This document shows positions 9,723 through 19,079 of a stretch of 20,539 nucleotides of DNA, piece after piece. The position numbers were made by a program, and so were the translations under genes. The notes under the pieces are model-generated. The model saw only the letters and a list, made by a program, of their open reading frames with translations, did no database searches and was not told the DNA's origin. Location of the stretch: NCBI RefSeq assembly GCF_006345805.1, contig NW_021823907.1, positions 1 to 20,539 of the forward strand. Reading direction: 5' to 3'. Numbering within the stretch: position 1 is the stretch's first letter; every line of letters begins with the position of its first letter. Source of the DNA: Octopus sinensis. Taxonomy: Eukaryota.

Positions 9723-9748
9723 CATCATTATTATCATTATTATTATCA

Positions 9749-9786
<38 letters not shown>

Positions 9787-9818
9787 CATTATTATTATAT
9801 TATTATATTATTATTATT

Positions 9819-9850
<32 letters not shown>

Positions 9851-9915
9851 CATCATTATTATTATTATTATTAATATTATTACTATTGTTATTATTATCA
9901 TCATCGTCATCATCA

Positions 9916-9954
<39 letters not shown>

Positions 9955-9977
9955 CATAATAATTATTATTATTATTA
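9517..9977. repeat. (TTA)n with (TCA) interruptions
   Basis: Directly visible. Confidence 0.97.
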
Positions 9978-10100
9978 CTAAACGACTTCAAAAGTAAGAA
10001 CACTAAAGTTGATCACAGTGGTATTTGAACACGGAGTGCAGAAAAGCAACCAAATACCACAAATTATTCCGTACGACATTCTAACAATCCTCCCAGTTCA
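9978..10100 (-). mobile_element. Old degenerate SINE, family B-related
   Basis: Reverse complement gaactgggaggattgttag..gtggtatttgg..gtgttcaaataccactgtgatcaacttt..ttttgaagtcg parallels the family B head and body. Confidence 0.6.
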
Positions 10101-11145
10101 ATACTTGAAAACACAATACTTTGAGCATAGATACTCTTGTCATGATCACAAAGAGGAGGTGGTCACTTGGTATGAAGGTGCAAGGAAGGTAGTGTCATAG
10201 AAGTGCCCGAGATTATCTACTGAACCCCGCCTTAAAAGAAGTCGAAGAAAAACTGTACCCCAGCACCCTTGGACTTCAATAAATAACCATCCTCATCAAC
10301 ATCGCATAAAAATTGCTTTGTTTTGACTTTCTTATATTCTGTTGGAAGATCTGGTTCGACAGAAATCTTCCGATAAGTCTTTTTATTTATTCTTTAAGTA
10401 AATCAGGTACGGATTGATAGCAACAAAACTAAAACAAAAACAAGGACAAACTTACTGCAAATTATGCTGATCGGCAGTTTAACATTAATTAGACATTCGT
10501 CAAAATTCCATTGCTCCCACTGCTTTCAGCGCTGGTACTAACTATAACAAGCCTTTGGTATCAGATAGCTATTACAGGATGTGTGTCATAAAGAGCTAAT
10601 TGACTTTGATGAACCGCAGTGCTAAGATACGAATCACAAACCCCTTGGGTAAGCTGTCAAATACAATATTCCCCGTTTCATCTTTGGCCTTCGCTAGCTC
10701 TTTCACCGTAACTAAATGTCGAAGATTCTTTCTCTCTTTCACCCCTTCTTCATACCCCCACCCCATATGTTTTTCGATGTTGTTTTAATGAGAAAAGGAA
10801 ACTTCAAGTCATCTCTGCACAATTGGTTTAGAAGAACAGGAAGTTATACACGTTCATTGTGTTCCGTTATTACACATAATTTTTCTCCATTACATACTTG
10901 ATTGGTCTCTGCCCCGCCCCGCCCCTCAAAAGGTTGCACAAGAAGGCTTCGTTTTGTTTTAAAGGATTAGTCAAGAGGAAGAAGCAGTGCCCATAACCTT
11001 GACATACAACCTCTCAATATCAAAATCAAATTCAATGATAATATAAAAATGTATGACAAAGAAGAATAAATTAAAATACTCTCAGAAATGAGACGTTGCT
11101 TGTGTAGCGGAAACTGGAAAGAAATTTTGAAAATTCTTCAAGATA

Positions 11146-11274
11146 GGCGCAGGCGTGGCTGTGTGGTAAGAAACTTTGCTTCTCAACCACATGCTACCGG
11201 GTTCAGTCCCACTGCATAGCACCTTGGGCTAGTCTCTTCTGCTATAGCCTCAGACCGACCCAAGCCTTGTGAAT
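11146..11274 (+). mobile_element. tRNA-derived SINE family A, 3'-truncated
   Basis: A box TGGCTGTGTGG (11156-11166), B-box-like GGTTCAGTCCC (11200-11210), then caccttgggc..tcttctgctatagcctc. Homologous to 892-1038. Confidence 0.88.
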
Positions 11275-11864
11275 CTCCATTACAGCCTCGACAGCAGCGA
11301 CCATCGGATGTGGTCTGCATTCGTGAGGGACATGGCCAATTCGTTGGTCGGAGCCGATTGAACCCATCCCGTGTGGGTGCCACTCTATCTCCACCAATCG
11401 CGGAGGCACTGTAAATGGCCACGTAAACTAAAACAACAAAAACGATGGGAAACAAATACCATTAATCGTATGCAAAGTTTTTCGTCTACACAAATCTGTA
11501 ACTTTCCGTCTGGCAACGGTGGGCGGCAATCAATATACAAACCAATATACACACAGCAGGAATTCCGACAGAACGTCAATATTTATCAAGAGACGGAACA
11601 TAAATCGTAAACCTGAAAATAAGAACAAAGAATAAAAAAGGTAATCAAAAAAATGTATCGATATCAAGCTTATTTGGTTATTTTAAGTGCCAAGTTGTAA
11701 AGTCGGAGAGAATGATTATCTGATTAATATCTGGTGTTCTTCAAAGAAAAACAAACAGTTTTTATGTGCAATGAAGGGTCGCCTGTCTGATATACAGCTA
11801 ACTGGAGCTAATAAAGTTATATTCGTTATGTAAATACTATCATATCTTAATTATTTCTATGCTT

Positions 11865-11896
11865 ATATGTATAACACACCACACTGACACATACAA

Positions 11897-11930
<34 letters not shown>

Positions 11931-11953
11931 ACACACACACACATACACACACA

Positions 11954-11985
<32 letters not shown>

Positions 11986-12281
11986 TACACACACATACAC
12001 ACACACGCACACACACACATTAATGTACATGCGTATGTACATTTACATGTGTATGTGAATACACGTACACACGCACACACATGTTTTTCTTTATGTACAT
12101 GCACGCATACACACACACACACACACATACACACACACACACACATATATATATATGCATATATATTTACATACATATGCATGTATATATGAATGTATGT
12201 ATACACACATGTATATACATGCGTCTGTGTACATACATAGACATAAACATACATAGACACATGCATACATACACACACATA

Positions 12282-12312
<31 letters not shown>

Positions 12313-12430
12313 TATGTATGTATACAGATAGATAAATATATGTATATGAATATACACCCACACAAATATTATATATATCCATGCATGCATACATACATAC
12401 ATACATACATACAACAGGTTTTGTAGAAGT

Positions 12431-12476
<46 letters not shown>

Positions 12477-12485
12477 AAACACATG
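11865..12485. repeat. (CA)n/(TACA)n/(TA)n compound microsatellite
   Basis: Directly visible. Confidence 0.96.
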
Positions 12486-12579
12486 TTTTGTTAAGTTGTA
12501 TAATGAAGCGTTTAGAATGTTGAAAATAAATCGTCTCAAGAATTTCGCTAAACGTAAGAACTATATATAACAGCTTATG

Positions 12580-12728
12580 ATGTGTGCAAGTGTGTGTATG
12601 TGTGTGTATGTTTGTGTGCGTATGTGTATGTGTGTGTGCGTTCGAGCCTGTGTGCGTCTTTCTGTGCGTGTGTACGTATACGTGTGTATGTGTGTGCGTG
12701 TGTGCTCTCTCTCTCTCGCGCGTGTGTT
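12580..12728. repeat. Imperfect (TG)n plus (CT)n microsatellite
   Basis: Directly visible. Confidence 0.95.
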
Positions 12729-12984
12729 TAATATTGAACTAAACGAGAGACGGGGCTGCAGATTTTTAATATTAATATTGAAAGAAGAATAATTTAATGC
12801 AAGCCGAATCTTCACATATGATTTATCCTTGTTTCTTGCTTCCTATCTTCGAACGATTGTGAGAAAGGAAACGTTAAATTTGTTAAAATTTGACATAGAT
12901 TAGAGAATTTTGAATACCATAACGAAAGTTGATGTGGTAAATCGGAAACACAAGCATATATACAATGCAAGTAATATTATACAT

Positions 12985-13025
<41 letters not shown>

Positions 13026-13029
13026 ATAG

Positions 13030-13342
13030 AAATTAAATATAAAATATAAATTATAAAGTGGGACAAGAACGCAAAAACACACAAAGAGACGGCACAAAAA
13101 AACAGACGGGTCACTCGAAGCCGCTAATCTTCAGTCGGGAACCGGATCATCTTAGTAATTTCGGCTGTTTAATCTCGATATTACTCCGAACCGGCCAGCC
13201 CCAAGGAAAAACCAAGTCACAGGCATTGGATTTCTTGGAAAGAGGATCGAATGTATACGAAACAAAGACAGGATGCCACACGAATATAAATACAAGAAAC
13301 AAAAATAGAAATAAAAAACAGAAATAGAAAACACGAATGGTG

Positions 13343-13344
<2 letters not shown>
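13030..13344. mobile_element. Unclassified (TA)n-flanked non-coding cassette
   Basis: Complex, strongly A-skewed sequence between (TA)n 12955-13028 and (TA)n from 13345. No credible protein homology in the overlapping ORFs. Confidence 0.5.
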
Positions 13345-13403
<59 letters not shown>

Positions 13404-13430
13404 GAGAGAGAGAGAGAGAGAGAGAGAGAG
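13345..13430. repeat. (TA)n followed by (GA)n
   Basis: Directly visible. Confidence 0.98.
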
Positions 13431-13431
13431 T

Positions 13432-13687
13432 AATAAGAAAATGGAGTGGATCAATAGGTGGTATCCAACAACTTTTAGACATTATATTATGTCAATTTAT
13501 TTATTTATTTACTAAAATGACAATTATAATAACATACATACATGTATAACATATTATGCTTTACATTTATAATATATAAGGATATTAGTAATTATTAAAA
13601 TGTCACTTTAGTAAATAAATAAATTGACATAATATAATGTCTAAAAGTCGATGAATACCACCTATTGAACCCCTCCATTTTCTTATT
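13432..13687. repeat. Long inverted repeat (arms 13432-13522 and 13601-13687, 78-nt spacer)
   Basis: Manual alignment of the left arm with the reverse complement of the right arm shows 6 mismatches and one 4-nt (ttta) indel over 87 aligned bases. Confidence 0.95.
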
Positions 13688-13861
13688 GCTTTATAAATAA
13701 ATGGTAAAATAACGTTTTACCCTCACCCATTTATTACCACACGATAATGTAATTGCAATGCAATAAAAAAACCCTTGTGTATTAATAATTGGGTATTCTA
13801 CCAGCAGTATATTGGATAGATATTATCCCTTAGTTGGTTGGTTTCACAACCTCAAACTTTG

Positions 13862-13863
<2 letters not shown>

Positions 13864-13931
<68 letters not shown>
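13864..13931. repeat. (TA)n microsatellite
   Basis: Directly visible. Confidence 0.98.
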
Positions 13932-14010
13932 GATCGCCATGTTGATTCGTTAGCTACTGCACGCATTTTTTTTCTCTCCTTCTTTCTGTGTTTTTTTTTC
14001 TCTCTGTGTA

Positions 14011-14045
14011 TCTTTCTGTTGAAGAGCGTAGGCTCGAAACGTTAA
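14011..14045 (+). ncRNA. Minimal hammerhead-like motif (variant core) at the end of a (TA)n-adjacent cassette
   Basis: tcttt-CTGTTGA-A-GAGC-gtag-GCTC-GAAAC-GT-T-aa. Perfect 4-bp stem II, GAAA box and palindromic ACGT stem III. The core has U in place of the conserved A6 and the 3' half of stem I is largely missing. Confidence 0.5.
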
Positions 14046-14377
14046 TGCCAACGTTTGGATTACTATAGCAAGAAAGGATAATGTTTTTGATGAATATAGA
14101 AGTACGGAAACTGCTTGAAGGTTTTATAAATACATATCGATTCATTGATACGAATTATGGACGTGTGTGTGTATGGGTAATGTGTCTTTGGCCATCCGAG
14201 ACCCACGTGTGCATTTTCCTGTGGTCTTCAGCGAAAAACGAGTTTTATTCATTTTATGAGCTTTTGTAAAAAAACAAAAAAAGTCACCAAAATATGTGAG
14301 TACTATTATATTATTAGTAGTAATTATAGATCTATTAAATCATTGTATTTAATTCTAAGACACTAGAATATAGAGCT

Positions 14378-14400
14378 CTGATTGGCTGCATGCAAATGAG
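14378..14400. promoter_or_regulatory. Adjacent inverted CCAAT box and octamer motif
   Basis: ctgATTGGctgcATGCAAATgag: ATTGG 14381-14385 and ATGCAAAT 14390-14397. A second ATGCAAAT lies at 14564-14571. Motif match only. Confidence 0.25.
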
Positions 14401-15477
14401 TTCATAACTGCGGTCCGGAACTCTCGTGGGGAAAAAATTTCGCAGCCGGACATGATGCAAAGTCCACAGGCAACAAATAGACTTCTACAGTCGTCGAGTG
14501 GTATCTGAGAAATCGGAAGAACACACTAGGAAGATCTCCAAGAAGGGTGCAATCAAGACAATAATGCAAATGTATTATGACCAGTGCCGTATAAGCACAT
14601 TAGACAACCTGTTCGATAAAGAACTAAAGATTTTAAAAAATGAGGACGACATCAGATAACGAAGTCCTAAATGCGCAATATTCAATACAAAGACGTGTGT
14701 TCACGATTGAAACTGTTTGATCATACGACTGTTAATTAAGCTGAAACTAAATCATATTAATTAATAATTGCACTGAGGATGTTTGGTTAAGAGCACCCTG
14801 GCTATGATGAAGTTTCAGCAACAGAATGTGAACTTTTGACTAGATGGGTAATAGTGCAAAAGCTTATATCTTTCTCATCTATCAATCTATAGCTGTCGAC
14901 CTCTCTTGTGTATGTGTGGAAATAGAACAGGAAGTAATAGTTGCTTCCGGAACCTGTTCACGCTCTCCTGAAGCGGAAGAGTAAAAAGAAAATAGTTTGG
15001 GTGTGGCAAATGATATTAGTGTTAAATGTTAAATGTGAAGTGGGTAAGTAGTTCTTTAATGGCTCCGCGAAGAGGAGATTATTATTATAAAGTTTTGTTT
15101 AAAATATATTTAAGTATTTAAATATCCTAAAGTGAAGTGCTGCCGGATTTATGAGTGTAGAGTGGAGACGGAAGGTTGAGTTTCGTTTCGTTTTGATACG
15201 GCGAAGTGGGTTCGATACTACAGGAGTGAGTGTTGCCTTTTGTTGCACCTAGGGGCAGAAAAGAATAAAAGAAATAATGGTGAATGATGAAGTATATTAT
15301 TTTATTTTTGCATTTTCATTTTTAAGAATTTCACCGGGATGGTAGAGCTGTGTCCATTTGGTTATTTTATCTTCAGGGATTTCCAAGGTTGGTAGCATAA
15401 AAGGGCCTTGTCAAACTGACATTTCACTCCCAAAATTTGCCAAAATGTTTCCCACCTGAATTGTTGCAAGTCAAAGA

Positions 15478-15600
15478 ATTGACAGAGTCGTTAGAGTTTT
15501 GGACAGAATGCTTCGTGGTATACATTCTGACATTCTGTATTATCAGTTCAAATTCCGCTGAGGTAAACTTTGCTTTTCATTCTTTTGAAGTTGATTAAAA
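15478..15600 (+). mobile_element. Old degenerate SINE, family B-related
   Basis: ttgacagagtcgttagag..agttcaaattccgctgaggtaaactttgcttttcattcttttgaagttgattaaaa matches the family B body. Confidence 0.75.
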
Positions 15601-15609
15601 ACAAAATGG

Positions 15610-15740
15610 TATCGACCCAGGGCGTTGGAATGTCGGATTGGATGTTTCGTAGAATATGTTCCAGCTCATTACGTTCCCGAGTCAAATCTTACTCCAGACT
15701 ATTTGGGGGGTAGACTTCATCTGTCCCCTGGTTGAACAAC
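15610..15740 (+). mobile_element. Very degenerate SINE remnant, family B-related
   Basis: cgttggaatgtcgga..atgtttcgtag..ttacgttcccgagtcaaatc..cttcatc..ggttga follows the same word order as family B. Confidence 0.4.
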
Positions 15741-16140
15741 ATCAATTAATATCTTGGGGATTTTTAGTGGAGTCCAGTCTGTTCGAAGCATTCAGATCAG
15801 GTCTCCCTCCAACCAGTTTTGAAGGCCTCATAAAAGGTCATGGGCAATGCCTTCAAACAGATAAAAAAACCCTCAAAGAACCACAGATCTGGTCCGCATG
15901 TAATGAAAACAGTAACCCTTCTACAGCATGTACATAGATGTTCCTTTGCTGGTTCATGTGACAAAACATATTCTTATTGAGGTAAGAAGGGGTTATAATT
16001 AATTGATCCGTTGTGTTGTTAGGCAACTAGAGTATATAAAAGGCACTTTTCTTTCCAGCAGCTTATTTGAACTCGAAGCGGATGAGCTAGAGAAGGTACA
16101 TCTGTGTAATTGCAGTAGTATAGTAATAGTTCTCAGCACA

Positions 16141-16664
16141 GGCGGCGAGCTGGCAGAAACGTTAGCACGCCGGGCGAAATGCGTATCTGTATTTCGTCTG
16201 CCGTTACGTTCTGAGTTCAAATTCCGCCGGGGTCGAGTAAATAAGTATCAGTTACGCGCTGGGGTCGATATAATCGACCTAATCCGTCTGTCTGTCCTTG
16301 TTTGTTTTCTCTGTGTTTAGCCCATTGTGGGTAGTAAAGAAATAGGTATTTCGTCTGTCGCTGACTTTGCCTTTCATCCTTTCGGGGTCGATTAAATAAG
16401 TACCAGTTACGCACTGGAGTCGATATAATCGACTTAATCCGTTTGTCTGTCCTTGTTTGTCCTCTCTGTGTTTAGCCCATTATTGGTAGTAAAGAAATAG
16501 GTATTTCGTCTGCCGCTACGTTCTGAGTTCAAATTCCGTCAAGGTCGACTTTGCCTTTCATCCTTTCGGGGCCGATAAATTAAGTAGCAGTTGCAGACTG
16601 GGGCCGATATAATCGACTGACCCCCTCCCCCAAAATTTCGGGCCTGGTTCCCAGAGTAGAAAAG
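16141..16664 (+). mobile_element. Trimeric SINE family B element with perfect 14-bp TSD
   Basis: TSD aatagttctcagca at 16125-16138 and 16665-16678. One head plus three body units (16141-16345, 16346-16499, 16500-16664). Confidence 0.95.
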
Positions 16665-16951
16665 AATAGTTCTCAGCATACGTGGCAAGAATACTTTTGT
16701 CCCGAAGGAAGAAGCGAATGCCTGCTTTTTTTCTCTTCCCCTTTTTAGTGGACCTTGATGTATTTGCTATTTAGTAAACAATGCTCTCCCTTAAACCATA
16801 CGATATTGTCTTAAGATAGATGGGCACTCAAAGCAATAATGAACATTATTAAAAAAAAATAACTTTATAGCTTTTTTTCTATCAGTATACCAAGTTTAGT
16901 TATGATAAGGACTTCTGAGCATTTCTAGGGGGTAGATGAAGAGAATTACTT

Positions 16952-17573
16952 ATTTTGAGTAATAGATGCCTTTATTATTGCGGACGTCACAAGGTTGAGG
17001 GATTAAAAAGTTCGGTTTGCAAACACGAGATTTAGGGGCCTGATCCCACTGAGTGGCATCGTAGATAAGTGCCTTTGCCATAACCTCGGGTCAACTTAAG
17101 CCTTGTGTGTGAAACTACGTACGCAGAAACTGTGCGAAGGCCCGTCCAATGAGATCTCTAAACAAAAGGTAAAAGCCTTATCGCACACAGTTACTGTGAG
17201 CTTTGACCGAGCATCATGTTATGGGTATAGGTGACTTCGGTATATTCAGCCACATAGTCTCTAATTTTGAGTAATAGATGCCTTTATTATTGCGGAGTCA
17301 CAAGGTTAAGGGATTAAAAAGTCCGGTTTGCAAACACGAGGCTCAGGGGCCTGATCCCACTGAGTGGCATCGTAGATAAGTGCCTTTACCATAACCTCGG
17401 GTCAACTTAAGCCTTGTGTGTGAAACTACGTACGCAGAAACTGTGCGAAAACCCGTCCAATGAGATATACCTCTAAATAAAAGGTAAAAGCCTTATCGCA
17501 CACAGTTACTATGAATTTTGACCGAGCTTCAATTATGGGTATAGGTGACTTCGGTATATTCAGCCACATAGTC
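16952..17573. repeat. Tandem duplication, period 312 bp, each copy containing an old family A SINE remnant
   Basis: Copies 16952-17259 and 17264-17573 start attttgagtaatagatgcc and end cagccacatagtc. Internal atcccactgagtggcat..aagtgcc..ataacctcgggtcaac..aagccttgtg matches family A. Confidence 0.95.
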
Positions 17574-17782
17574 GGTAATTCAATAGATAGTTAAATATGC
17601 TGACCGAACAGAGGAATCTTGGTTGTTGAACGACGGAGGTCCTTTTACTAAACTGTTTTATTGATTTACAAGAAAGACGAAGATGTTGACGCGATTTGAA
17701 CTACTACACGCTTTTCATTTTGTCTGCCACTCTACTAATGCAATCAATTTATGACCATCACCTACTAGCCACAGAGGAAACT

Positions 17783-17956
17783 AACACAGAAATAGTAAGC
17801 ACAATCTCCCTCAAATCCTACCTCAACCGTCAAAAGAAAGGACATGCTGGACAACGCGATCCTGGCTTCACTGTGTATAGGAACAAAAGAGGATGGCCAC
17901 AGACGGAGCGCCTTTGATTATAGGCTTTCTCAATCGGAGGGTGAACCAGTGCTAAG
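17783..17956 (+). mobile_element. Putative degenerate interspersed repeat, family D
   Basis: gaaatagtaagcacaatctccctcaaatcctacctcaaccgtc resembles 9-54 (gaaatagctgtcctacttcattcaaatccatatcttaacgtc) and 18929-18953 (atagcagctaaatctgcttcaaatc). Each is followed by trinucleotide repeats. Confidence 0.5.
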
Positions 17957-17964
17957 TATTACCA

Positions 17965-18077
17965 CGATCATCATTATTATTATCGTCGTCTTCGTTCGCA
18001 ATGTTGCCCTAAACATTGTCATCATCGTCGTCATCCGCATCATCATCTTCATCATCATCATCACCACCACCACCACC

Positions 18078-18109
<32 letters not shown>

Positions 18110-18215
18110 CTACAACAACAACACACTACTGCTACTACTGCTGCTGCTGCAACTCCTACTATATTACTACTACTACTACTGCTGCTGCTCTAACTACTAC
18201 TACTACTACTGCTAT

Positions 18216-18269
<54 letters not shown>

Positions 18270-18295
18270 AACAACTACTACTACTACTACTACTA

Positions 18296-18363
<68 letters not shown>
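17965..18363. repeat. Compound trinucleotide microsatellite (ATC, ACC, AAC, TAC, TGC)
   Basis: Directly visible. Confidence 0.97.
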
Positions 18364-18669
18364 AAACGTTGACACCCCAATGCAAAAACAACAGCGTGTA
18401 CAACAATAATAACACTAAAAAACAAACACTCGGGTGGGATGTGACGGGTGGTGGTGAAATGTTGAAGTAGAGGTTGGTGGTTGAGGAGGAGAATTGGCGT
18501 GAAGGTGTGTGGGGTGTGGGTGAGTTTCGGTTGGGGACATGGTGGTGGTGATGGTGGAGAAAAGAGCGAACTGGCAGCTGACGTGATTGCTGTGTTTGTC
18601 TAAATCCGAACCTCCTACCCTGCTACACCACCCAAGATCCAACCCACCTACCCACCCATCCACCGAACC

Positions 18670-18752
18670 CGTCATTGTCATCGTGGTGGTATCATCGTCG
18701 TCATCAGTGTAGTCGTCGTCGTCAACTTTGTCGGCTGCGTCGTCGTCGTTGT

Positions 18753-18788
<36 letters not shown>

Positions 18789-18870
18789 TATCATCAACAT
18801 CATCATTATACTCCTCCTCCTCCTCATCATCATCATCATTGTCATCATCATTGACATCATCAACAACAAC
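18670..18870. repeat. (TCG)/(TCA)/(TCC)n microsatellite
   Basis: Directly visible. Confidence 0.93.
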
Positions 18871-19079
18871 CCTGATCTTACTACTATCATTGAGGGAGCC
18901 TCTACACAAGTTACTCGATTCGCAATATATAGCAGCTAAATCTGCTTCAAATCAGGGCGGGCCCGGGATATACAACAACAACAACAACAGCAACAACAAC
19001 AACCAACATTACCACGAAAGTGCCATCATAATGCGCCACGAGTTCTTGCATAACATTACAGCATTACGTAATATTGCAG

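Noticed and set aside
13109-13186. Permuted hammerhead on the minus strand (cagccGAAAttacta..CTGAAGA..ggct)
   Set aside because: Both core boxes occur, but I could not build stem I or a correctly spaced stem II in any of the three topologies.
15656-15937. 93-aa ORF near a splice-donor-like GAG/GTAAG at ~15981
   Set aside because: Its 5' third overlaps a degenerate SINE remnant, the peptide has no recognisable motif and the frame closes before the donor.
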